In this document: positions 55,941 through 64,000 of the stretch, piece after piece
Layout of the letters: each line of letters starts with the position of its first letter
Position numbering within the stretch: position 1 is the stretch's first letter
Source of the DNA: Candidatus Multivorans sp.
Lineage (GTDB): Bacteria; Acidobacteriota; Thermoanaerobaculia; Multivoradales; Multivoraceae
Reading direction: 5' to 3'
Assembly: GCA_965219675.1 (NCBI GenBank)
Contig: OZ244786.1
Coordinates: 138,378-202,377 of the forward strand
DNA: 64,000 nucleotides
Made by a program: the position numbers and the translations under genes
The notes under the pieces: generated by a model
Seen by the model: the letters and a program-made list of their open reading frames with translations, nothing else
Told to the model about the DNA's origin: nothing
Databases searched by the model: none

Positions 55941-57804
55941 ATGTCGATGACCAGAACCGGTCTGCCTGCTCTCGCCCTGACCGCGCTTGCCTGTGCCGCG
56001 CCGTCGGTTGAAAACGCGCCCGGCGGCCGAGGCGCCGGCAGCGCGGGCATCTCGCCCGGAGGCGCCGCCGACCGGGTCGCCCTGTTCGGCGACCTGCACA
56101 TCCACACGATGTACTCGCACGACGCGTTCATGGGCACCGTGCGCACGACCCCGGACGACGCCTATCGCTACGCCAAGGGGGAGGCGATCCCGCATCCGTC
56201 GGGTGAATCGATCCGCCTCTCCGGCGCACCGCTCGACTTCCTCGCGGTGACGGACCATGCCGAGTTTCTGGGCGCCCTGGCGGCCCTGATCGATCCCTCG
56301 AGTCCGACCTATGGGCATGCGTTGACCGACGACCTGATCACCGGCCAGGGAGGCGGCTCCCGGGCGCGGCTTGGGGCGCTGGCCCGGGTGCGGGAGCTGG
56401 CCCGCGCCGGCGATCCGATCAACGGCCCGGAGGTGAGGGCAAGCGCCTGGCAGCGGATCATCGAGGCGGCCGAACGGCATAACGACCCCGGCCGGTTCAC
56501 CGCCCTGATCGGCTACGAGTACACGATGGGAGTGAGTAGCCGCCACGTGCACCGGAACGTCATCTTCCGGGGCAGCGAGGCGCCGGAGCTGCCCTTCAGT
56601 TCCCTCGACGGCGATCCCGAGGATCTCTGGAACTGGCTCGACGGGTTGCGCGAGGAGGATCGAGGCGCTCGCGATGCCGCACAACATGAACCAGAGCGAC
56701 GGTCTGGCCTTTCCCGATCGGGAGACCTGGAAGGGTGCTCCGATCGACGCGGAGTTCGCGGCAAAGCGGATTCGGAACGAACCGGTCGCCGAGATCAGCC
56801 AGCAGAAGGGCACCTCGGAGGTTCACCCGTCGCTGTCTCCGAACGACGAGTGGGCCGACTTCCAGATCGTGCAGTACTACCTCGACCGGGTGAACAACAC
56901 GGACCCGATCTCGGTCTTCAAGGGCGGCTACTGGCGGGACGCCCTCCTGACCGGGCTCGAGATGGAGGAGCGCCTGGGCGTGAACCCCTATGCCCTCGGC
57001 GCGATCGGATCGAGTGACAGCCATGTCTCCGCGGGCTCCTACGAGGAGGACAATCGCTTCACCTCGAGGACGAACACGCCCCAGGCGCGCGGTTCCGCGT
57101 ACCGCGAGGAAGACGGCGGCTGGGAGAACTTCTGGACCCCGCGCCAGGCGACTCACGGTACCGGCGGTCTGGCCGGAGTGTGGGCGGGCGAGAACAGCCG
57201 GGCCTCGATCTTCGACGCGCTGAAGCGCCGGGAGTCCTTCGCGACCTCGGGGACGCGCATCCGCGTGCGCTTCTTCGGCGGCTTCGGGCTGGATGAGGCC
57301 GTGGCCGAGACCGCGGACCCGATCGCCGCGGCGTACGACCACGGCGTGCCGATGGGCGGAGACCTCGAAGGCGGCAACGATGGAGCGCCGAGCTTCCTCG
57401 TCTGGGCCCTGCGCGACCCGGAGAACGCCTGGCTGCAGCGGGCCCAGGTGATCAAGGGCTGGCTGGAGGACGGCGAGACGAAGGAGCAGGTCTACGACGT
57501 CGTTTGCTCGGACGGCCTGGAGCCGGACCCTGAGACCTACCGCTGCGATGACAACGGCGCCCGGGTCAACCTGGACGACTGTTCGATCAGCCGGGACAAG
57601 GGCGCCGTGGAACTCCGTACGACCTGGACAGACCCGGACTTCGACCCCGGCGCACGCTCCTTCTACTACGTCCGCGTGCTCGAGAATCCGACCTGCCGCT
57701 GGTCGACCTGGGACGCGCTCAGCCTCGGCATCGAGCCGAACCCGGACCTGCACGCCACCCACCAGGAGCGGGCCTGGAGTTCCCCGATCTGGTATACGCC
57801 GTAG
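55941..57804 (+). pseudogene. DUF3604-family (PHP-like metal hydrolase) lipoprotein gene interrupted by a +1 frameshift near 56658
   Basis: Frame A (55941 onward) gives FGDLHIHTMYSHDAF...EDLWNWLDGLREE and then nonsense. Frame B (from about 56659) continues IEALAMPHNMNQSDGLAF... to 57804. Joining the frames by skipping one G restores a continuous family-like sequence. Confidence 0.65.
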
Positions 57805-57807
57805 CGC

Positions 57808-59097
57808 CTATCCCGCAGTCGTCTCTTCGGTCTCCGCCTGCTCGACCGGCTCGAGCTTCAGCATCGCGCCGTCCGTCTCGTCGGTGATCACGTAGATCAG
57901 GTCGTCGGGGCCCTGCCGGACGTCGCGGATGCGCTTGCCGATCTCCTTGAGCAGCCACTCGCGGCCGAGTTCCTCGCCCTTCTCGCTGAAGATGAGCCGT
58001 TCGAGGTGGCCGGTGTTCGGCATGCGCCCGGTCATCAGCGCGCCGGCGAACAGGTTGCCCTTCCACTCGGGGAAGGCGTCGCCGGTGTAGAAGGCGAGCC
58101 CGGAGGGGGCGATGGAGGGCAGCCAGAAGATCGCCGGCTCCTCCATCCCCTCGGCCCAGAAGCGCTCGGAGATGCGGACGCCGTTGTAGTGGCGGCCGTA
58201 GGAGACGACCGGCCAGCCGTAGTTCCTGCCGGCTTCGATCGCGTTCAGCTCGTCGCCGCCCTGCGGGGCGTGCTCCGTGGTCCACGGCTGGTTGGTTTCC
58301 GGGTGAAGCGCGAGGCCCATCTGGTTGCGGTGGCCCATCGAGTAGATCTCCGGCTTGTGCCCCTCCTTGCCCACGAAGGGGTTGTCGTCCGGCACGCTGC
58401 CGTCGAGGCGCAGACGCAAGGTCTTTCCGGCGTGGCTGCTCGGGTCCTGGGCCAGCTTGGCGTGGCCGAAGAAGCTCTGCGTACCGTCGATGAGGTCGGC
58501 GCCGAAAGCCCCGCCCATCGTCATGTACATGATGTCCTCGCCGGGCACGAAGGCGAGCCGCGCGGCGGCGATCGACCCGCCCCAGGGCTCGGCGACGAAC
58601 ACGTCCTCCACGTCGACGAGGGAGGTACCGTCGAGCTTGCCGCGGACCAGGGCGACGGTTCCCTCGCGGCCGGAGATCTGCCGCGTGTAGGTGAGGTAGA
58701 CGTAGCCGTTGTCGGCGAAGTGCGGGTGCACCGCGACCTCCATCATCCCGGCGAGGCTGCGGGCGAGGACGTCGTCCGGCACGCCGGCGATCGGCTCGTC
58801 CACGAGCACGCCGTCACGGACCAGGCGCAGCGCGCCGCCGCGCTCCGTCACCAGCATGTCGCCCTTGGGGAGAAACGCGAGCGACCAGGGGCGGTTGATG
58901 CCGCGAACGACGACGGAGACCTTGACCTCGGGGATCAGGTGAGTGTTCATGATCCACGGCTCGTCCGGCAGTTCGACCCGGGGGATGCCGCTGCCTCGAC
59001 CGCCGTAGCCCGTCTGGGCGAGGGCTTGGCCGGCGACGGCGGCGGCGAGGAGGAACACGGCGATTCGGGTCATTCGAGTTTGAGTCCTTCGCTTCAT
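57808..59097 (-). CDS. PQQ-dependent soluble sugar (glucose/sorbosone) dehydrogenase, beta-propeller
   Basis: It has a signal peptide, then RPWSLAFLPKGDMLVTERGGALRLV and GHRNQMGLALHPETNQPWTTEHAPQGGDELNAIEAGRNYGWP. Confidence 0.85.
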   Translation of the reverse strand: MKRRTQTRMTRIAVFLLAAAVAGQALAQTGYGGRGSGIPRVELPDEPWIMNTHLIPEVKVSVVVRGINRPWSLAFLPKGDMLVTERGGALRLVRDGVLVDEPIAGVPDDVLARSLAGMMEVAVHPHFADNGYVYLTYTRQISGREGTVALVRGKLDGTSLVDVEDVFVAEPWGGSIAAARLAFVPGEDIMYMTMGGAFGADLIDGTQSFFGHAKLAQDPSSHAGKTLRLRLDGSVPDDNPFVGKEGHKPEIYSMGHRNQMGLALHPETNQPWTTEHAPQGGDELNAIEAGRNYGWPVVSYGRHYNGVRISERFWAEGMEEPAIFWLPSIAPSGLAFYTGDAFPEWKGNLFAGALMTGRMPNTGHLERLIFSEKGEELGREWLLKEIGKRIRDVRQGPDDLIYVITDETDGAMLKLEPVEQAETEETTAG

Positions 59098-59112
59098 CGT
59101 GAGTCTCCTGCT

Positions 59113-59142
59113 GGGTGCGCCGGCGTCCCCGCCGGCTGCCGC
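59113..59142. repeat. 30-bp GC-rich hairpin repeat, copy 1
   Basis: GGGTGCGCCGGCGTCCCCGCCGGCTGCCGC is identical to 63971-64000. It contains the hairpin GCCGGCG-TCCC-CGCCGGC. Confidence 0.8.
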
Positions 59143-59188
59143 CGAAGGCGGCCAGGTAACGCGCCGGCCGTCAGGCCGGCACCACAAA

Positions 59189-59605
59189 CTAACCATCCGC
59201 CGCGCCGTCATCTTCAGGCCACTCGGCCCCCTGCAGGATCCAGAGGCGGATCGTCTCGATCTGCTCGACGGTCAACTGCGTGCCGGCCTCGTAGGGCGGC
59301 ATCCGCATCTCCGCGAACTCGGAACTCACGCGGATGTAGAGCTCGCTGTCGTCGGGGTCGCCGGGCGCGATGTTCGGATAGCCGCCGAGGTCGGCGAAGG
59401 CGTCTTCCTTGATGTCCAGCCGCAAGTCGGCTTCGCGGCGCGTACGGTCCTCGCCGTGGCACTCGTAGCAGAAGCCCTCGAGGATCGGCTTGACCTCGGT
59501 GAGGTAGTCGACCTTCTCGTCGGTCTGGCCGTTCGCCGTTCGAGCCGCGAACCAGCCCGCGACGAGAAGAACCAGCGGAACGGTGATCAGACCTCGGGTT
59601 CTCAT
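59189..59605 (-). CDS. Stand-alone c-type cytochrome (PSCyt1-like domain, single CxxCH)
   Basis: It has a signal peptide (MRTRGLITVPLVLLVAGWFAA) and VKPILEGFCYECHGEDRTRREADLRLD, which matches the planctomycete-type cytochrome c domain pattern. TTG 59623 is an alternative start. Confidence 0.75.
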   Translation of the reverse strand: MRTRGLITVPLVLLVAGWFAARTANGQTDEKVDYLTEVKPILEGFCYECHGEDRTRREADLRLDIKEDAFADLGGYPNIAPGDPDDSELYIRVSSEFAEMRMPPYEAGTQLTVEQIETIRLWILQGAEWPEDDGAADG

Positions 59606-59694
59606 CCCTTCTCTTCCCTTCAAGCCATGAGACCCGCGGCGCCTCAGCGGAACGAGCTGCTCGCAGCGGGTCTCGGCTACAGTGTAGCCCCTTT

Positions 59695-61551
59695 ATGTGG
59701 ACTATGAAGCGGGTAGCGACGGCGGGCGGCTTCCTGTTGGCCCTTGCCGCCCCGTTCGGCTGCGGACCGGCGTCGGAGGGCGGGGACACTGGCGGCTGGG
59801 GCATGTACCGGGGGGACGCCGCCGGCACGGGGTACTCGCCGCTTGAGGAAGTGACCGTCGCCAACGTGGGCGGGCTCGTGCAGGCCTGGAGCTACCCGCT
59901 GGCAGCGGTGGCCGAAGCAGGTGAGCAGGCTCGGCAGGCCCGGTCCCAGGCGACTCCGATCGTGGTCGACGACGTGATGTACCTGCCGGCGGCAGATGCG
60001 ATCGTGGCGCTCGATCCGGCGACCGGCGAGGAGATCTGGCGTCACGCGGTGACCGGCGGCGTCCCGTCCCGGCGCGGGGTCTCGTACTGGCCTGGCGATG
60101 CCGCGGAGGGTTTGGCGTCGCGGATCATCTTCTGTGCCGGCGAGCGGCTTCTCGCGCTGGACGCCGCGTCCGGCGCTCCCGTCGCGGACTTCGGCGACGG
60201 CGGCGAGGTCGCCCTCGGCGTGCCCTACAACTCGGTGCCCCTGGTGTGGGAGGACATCGTCGTCGTGGGTGCCAACACGCCGCGGGGCGCGCCGGGCGGC
60301 ATCGGCAACGCGCGCGCTTTCAGCGCCAGGAGCGGCGAGAAGCTGTGGGAGTTCAGCTCCGTGCCGCAGCCTGGCGAAGTCGGCCACGACACCTGGGAGG
60401 GCGACGGCTGGCGCGGCCGCCTGGGCGCGAACGCGTGGCCCTTCTACTTCACCGTCGACGAGGAACGGGAGCTCGTGTTCCTGCCGCTTGCCTCGCCGAT
60501 TCCCTTCGCCTACGGGGGCGACCGGCCCGGGTCCAACCTGTTCGCCAACGCAGTGGTCGCGGTCGACATCCGGAGCGGGGCGTACCGATGGCACTTCCAG
60601 ACCATCCACCACGACCTCTGGGACCACGACCCGCCTGCGCCGCCGGTGCTCTTCGACATCGAGCGCGGCGAAGAGACCGTCGACGCGCTCGCCGTGACGA
60701 CGAAGTCCGGCTATCTCTTCATCCTGAACCGGGAGACGGGCGAACCGGTGTTCGGGGTCGAGGAGCGAGAGATGCCGGCAAGCCAGGTGCCCGGCGAGCG
60801 GGCTCACCCGACTCAACCGATTCCGACCACGCCCGCGTTGGGCCGGGTCCGCTACGGGCCGGAAGACCTGGTGACTGCGAACGACACGCTCGCCGAGCAC
60901 GCGGAGGCGTGCTCCGAGCTGGTCGAGAGCGCCGGTCCACTCCATAACGAGGGGCCTTACACGCCGTGGCTTCACAAGGAGGCGGGCGAAAGCGGCGCGA
61001 CCCTGCTCTTCCCGGGGCTGGCCGGCGGCCCGAACTGGGGCGGCGTCGCCTTCGATCCGAGCAACCGGTTGTTGCTCGCCTTCAGCCAGGACGTCGGCAC
61101 GATGGCCTGGGTGGAGGAGGATCCGGAGGCGGAGCCCGCCAGCTATGTGCTGCGGGTGTCGCGGCCGTTCTCCTTCGCGGTTCGCATCGGCGACCAGTCC
61201 TGGCCGTGCCAGAAGCCGCCGTGGGGGATCCTGACTGCGGTCGATGCCGACACGGGCGAAGTCGCGTGGCGGCGGCCGGTCGGCGTGACGGAGGGCCTGC
61301 CGGCGGAGAAGCGGGAGACCGGTCGGCCGGGACGCGCCTCGGCGATCGTCACCGCGGGCGGTCTCGCCTTCATCGCGTCGACGGACGACCGCCGCTTCCG
61401 CGCCCTCGACGTGAAGACGGGCAACGAACTGTGGTCGGCCGCGCTGCCCCTCCAGGGCAACGCGAACCCGATGACGTACTTGGCGGCGGACGGCGGGCAG
61501 TACGTGGCGGTGACGGCGACGGAAGAGCTGCTCGCGTTCCGGTTGCCGTAG
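59695..61551 (+). CDS. PQQ-dependent quinoprotein dehydrogenase (8-bladed propeller, glucose/alcohol dehydrogenase family)
   Basis: It has a signal peptide and WGMYRGDAAGTGYSPL, HHDLWDHD and repeated W-containing PQQ propeller motifs. Confidence 0.82.
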   Translation: MWTMKRVATAGGFLLALAAPFGCGPASEGGDTGGWGMYRGDAAGTGYSPLEEVTVANVGGLVQAWSYPLAAVAEAGEQARQARSQATPIVVDDVMYLPAADAIVALDPATGEEIWRHAVTGGVPSRRGVSYWPGDAAEGLASRIIFCAGERLLALDAASGAPVADFGDGGEVALGVPYNSVPLVWEDIVVVGANTPRGAPGGIGNARAFSARSGEKLWEFSSVPQPGEVGHDTWEGDGWRGRLGANAWPFYFTVDEERELVFLPLASPIPFAYGGDRPGSNLFANAVVAVDIRSGAYRWHFQTIHHDLWDHDPPAPPVLFDIERGEETVDALAVTTKSGYLFILNRETGEPVFGVEEREMPASQVPGERAHPTQPIPTTPALGRVRYGPEDLVTANDTLAEHAEACSELVESAGPLHNEGPYTPWLHKEAGESGATLLFPGLAGGPNWGGVAFDPSNRLLLAFSQDVGTMAWVEEDPEAEPASYVLRVSRPFSFAVRIGDQSWPCQKPPWGILTAVDADTGEVAWRRPVGVTEGLPAEKRETGRPGRASAIVTAGGLAFIASTDDRRFRALDVKTGNELWSAALPLQGNANPMTYLAADGGQYVAVTATEELLAFRLP

Positions 61552-61566
61552 AGAAGGGGAGAGGCC

Positions 61567-62622
61567 TCAGAGGCGGTTGACTGCTTCTTCAGCCAGGTCG
61601 AGCGTCCGTACGATGCGCTGGCGCATCTCCGGCAGGTCGACGCCCGCGGTGCTCTTCTTGCCTTCCATGTACCGCGCGTACACGCCGTGCACGATCGCCG
61701 CGGACTTCCAGCGGTTGAATCCGACGTAGTAATCGAGATTCGACAGGTCGCGGCCGGTCCGCTCCGCGTAGCGGTCCAGCAAGTCCTCGCGGGCCGGGAA
61801 GCCGGGCGCTGCGGTGGCGCCGCCCGAGCCGGTGGGCATCGTGTCCGTCGCCGGCATCCACTGGTTCATCGCGTAAGCCAGGTCGGCCAGCGGATCGCCC
61901 AGTGTCGAGATCTCCCAGTCGACGACGGCGGCGATCGTCGAGTCCGGCCCGACCAGGCAGTTGTGCAGCCCGTAGTCGCCGTGGACGACGCGCGCCGGCC
62001 CCTGGTCCGGCAGGTGCTCGAGGAAGTAGCGCTGCAGCTCGTGCGCCCGCGGGTCGTCGAGTTGCGCCGGCTCGACGGACGCCGTCCAGGACCGGTACCA
62101 GGTGCGAAGCTGCCGGCCGACGTAGCTGTCGCGCTTGCCGAGTTCACCGAGCCCGACCTCGTCCGGGTCGACGGCGTGGAGTGCGGCCAGGACGTCGACG
62201 AACGAATGCGCCAGCTTCGGGCGGCGTTCCCGCGGCACCCACTCCTCGGTGTGGGCCGAGCTGTAGAGCGGCCGGCCATTGACCAGGCCCATCACGTAGA
62301 ACCACGCGCCGGTGACGTCCGGGCTCTCGCAGAACGCAATCGCCGGCGGCACCGGCACCGGAGTCGGCCCGAGCGCCGAGATCAGCGCCCACTCGCGGCT
62401 CATGTCGTGCGCCTTGGGCAGCAGCTTGCCCTGCGGCGGCCGGCGGATGACCGCGGCGCGGCCCTCGGTGTCGTCGATCCGATAGGTCAGATTCGAGTGG
62501 CCGCCCTGCAGCCGGGTCCACTGGAGAGGCGGCGTCAGGCTGTCGACGTGTTCGGCGATCCAGGCCTCGACCGCAGGTTGGTCGTAGCCCTCCGGGCCCG
62601 TGCTTTCGTCGTGGGTGGACAT
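61567..62622 (-). CDS. Phosphotransferase-family protein (APH fold, ACAD10/11-associated type)
   Basis: GGHSNLTYRI, VIRRPP.GKLLPKAHDM, VVHGDYGLHNCLV and VVDWEISTLGDPLADLAY are present. Only the 3' 351 codons of the 800-aa track ORF are credible. Confidence 0.82.
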   Translation of the reverse strand: MSTHDESTGPEGYDQPAVEAWIAEHVDSLTPPLQWTRLQGGHSNLTYRIDDTEGRAAVIRRPPQGKLLPKAHDMSREWALISALGPTPVPVPPAIAFCESPDVTGAWFYVMGLVNGRPLYSSAHTEEWVPRERRPKLAHSFVDVLAALHAVDPDEVGLGELGKRDSYVGRQLRTWYRSWTASVEPAQLDDPRAHELQRYFLEHLPDQGPARVVHGDYGLHNCLVGPDSTIAAVVDWEISTLGDPLADLAYAMNQWMPATDTMPTGSGGATAAPGFPAREDLLDRYAERTGRDLSNLDYYVGFNRWKSAAIVHGVYARYMEGKKSTAGVDLPEMRQRIVRTLDLAEEAVNRL

Positions 62623-62730
62623 CGTTGCGGCGACTGTGAGCGGGCAACTGTAGCAACGACGCAGCCAGTGTGGGTCGTCGGTGCAGCCGCTAGGCTTGGA
62701 ACACCGAACACAGCTTGAAGGGAGAGAGCG

Positions 62731-63954
62731 ATGACTAATCGCAGGCGCGGCTTGCGGCCGCCGAGCCGGCGCGCTTTCATTGGATTCGCGGGGATGGCGG
62801 CGGCAGGCTCCTTGGCCGCCAAGGCGGGCGCGCAGACGCCCGGGGAGATCCGGGACCTCGGCGAGACACCCACCGAGTACGGCAAGCCGTCGCCGTTCGA
62901 GGACTCCAGGCGCTGGAGCCGCGCGCCCGACGCCACGGCGTCGTCCTCGAACACGCCGCTTGCCGATCTGGAGGGCATCGTCACGCCGTCCGGGCTCCAC
63001 TTCGAGCGCCACCACACCGGCGTGCCGGCGATCGATCCGGACAGCCACCGGCTCACGATCCACGGGCTGGTCGATCGTCCGCTTGTCTTCACGATGGACG
63101 ACCTGGTGCGGATGTCCTCGGTCTCCCGTTTCCACTTCATCGAGTGCTCCGGCAACAGCGCCCGCGAGTGGTCTCCGGCCGGCGCGCCCAACGTGCAGAT
63201 GAGCCACGGCCTGGCGAGCTGCAGCGAGTGGACCGGCGTGCTGCTGGCGGACCTGCTGGACGAAGTCGGGGTGAAGCCCGAGGCGAGCTGGATCGTCGCG
63301 GAAGGCGCCGATGCGGGCCTGATGAGCCGCAGCGTGCCGCTGGAGCGGGCGCTCGACGACGTGATGATCGCCTACGGCCAGAACGGCGAGGCGGTCCGGC
63401 CCGAGCAGGGCTACCCGCTGCGGCTGCTCGTGCCGGGCTGCGAAGGCAGCATCAGCGTCAAGTGGCTGCGCCGGATCGAGGTCGCCCACATGCCGTCGAT
63501 GGCCCGCGACGAGACGTCGAAGTACACGGACCTGCTGCCGGACGGCAAGGCCCGCCAGTTCACGCTGGTCATGGACGCGAAGTCCGTCATCACGCGGCCG
63601 TCGGGCGAACAGAAGCTGGACCGGCCCGGGTTCTGCGAGATTCGCGGCCTGGCCTGGTCCGGCCGCGGCGCGATCTCGCGGGTCGAGGTGTCGACGGACG
63701 GCGGCCGCTCGTGGACGGATGCCGAGATCGAGGGCCCGCGCCACGCGAAGGCGTTCACCCGCTTTCGCTCGCCCTGGCGCTGGGACGGCGGCCGGCACGT
63801 GTTGATGTCGAGGGCCACGGACGACACGGGCTACGTCCAGCCGACCCTGGCGGCCCTGCTCGAGGCGAGAGGCCGGTCGACGATCTACCACAACAACCGG
63901 ATCAAGGCCTGGGAAGTGCAGGAGTCGGGAGAGGTCACGAATGTCGAGGCGTAG
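62731..63954 (+). CDS. Tat-exported molybdopterin sulfite dehydrogenase/oxidase family protein (SorA/SoxC-like)
   Basis: The twin-arginine signal is RRRGLRPPSRRAFIGFAGMAAAGSLAAKAGA. FERHHTGVP, FIECSGNS and YPLRLLVPGCEGSISVKWLRRIEV are also present. Confidence 0.85.
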   Translation: MTNRRRGLRPPSRRAFIGFAGMAAAGSLAAKAGAQTPGEIRDLGETPTEYGKPSPFEDSRRWSRAPDATASSSNTPLADLEGIVTPSGLHFERHHTGVPAIDPDSHRLTIHGLVDRPLVFTMDDLVRMSSVSRFHFIECSGNSAREWSPAGAPNVQMSHGLASCSEWTGVLLADLLDEVGVKPEASWIVAEGADAGLMSRSVPLERALDDVMIAYGQNGEAVRPEQGYPLRLLVPGCEGSISVKWLRRIEVAHMPSMARDETSKYTDLLPDGKARQFTLVMDAKSVITRPSGEQKLDRPGFCEIRGLAWSGRGAISRVEVSTDGGRSWTDAEIEGPRHAKAFTRFRSPWRWDGGRHVLMSRATDDTGYVQPTLAALLEARGRSTIYHNNRIKAWEVQESGEVTNVEA

Positions 63955-63970
63955 TGGCCTGCCCGCCACC

Positions 63971-64000
63971 GGGTGCGCCGGCGTCCCCGCCGGCTGCCGC
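63971..64000. repeat. 30-bp GC-rich hairpin repeat, copy 2 (runs into the window edge)
   Basis: It is identical to 59113-59142. Confidence 0.8.

Noticed and set aside
59099-59707. A 202-aa plus-strand ORF overlapping the cytochrome c gene
   Set aside because: The minus-strand frame has a signal peptide and a CxxCH haem motif. The plus frame has no features.
62623-63969. The upstream 449 codons of the 800-aa minus-strand ORF
   Set aside because: They are antisense to the Tat-signal SorA-like gene. The phosphotransferase homology starts only at MSTHDES (62622).

Overview
This is a high-GC (by eye about 68-70%), densely coding bacterial chromosomal window from a diderm organism (BamD, ExbB-ExbD-TonB, CpoB/YbgF-like protein, LPS heptosyltransferase). 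The gene content resembles Acidobacteriota or Gemmatimonadota genomes, but that is inference only. Most of the window is housekeeping. It includes tldD-pmbA, an acyl-CoA carboxyltransferase, purE-rpiB, folC, yebC-ruvC, and an exbB-exbD-exbD-tonB-TPR cluster. It also includes gatB, pgeF, tatA, and a long minus-strand operon (GT-C glycosyltransferase, truA, cdsA, dxr, rseP, PASTA protein, rpe, bamD, ybgF). Further on are glmU, a UvrD/PcrA helicase, a tRNA cluster (Pro-Arg-His-Arg), ispH-purD-PSP1, and serS followed by tRNA-Ser. There are three accessory regions. (1) A five-gene polysaccharide operon lies at 41001-48513. (2) A divergent GT-C/processive GT2 pair lies at 25822-28792. (3) A lower-GC islet directly 3' of tRNA-Ser (about 50083-54910) carries a LuxR regulator, a Cre-like tyrosine recombinase and an orphan exported protein. 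The recombinase and orphan genes are separated by a 386-bp non-coding spacer bracketed by mirror-image SD-plus-start-codon repeats, so it is a candidate invertible switch. Downstream are a PP2C phosphatase, a frameshifted DUF3604 gene, two PQQ dehydrogenases flanking a stand-alone cytochrome c, a phosphotransferase and a Tat-exported SorA/SoxC-like molybdoenzyme. I saw no rRNA, CRISPR array or transposase. Many long ORFs in the track are antisense or out-of-frame shadows, as expected at this GC content. Several real genes start at non-ATG codons that overlap the upstream stop codon (NTGA).
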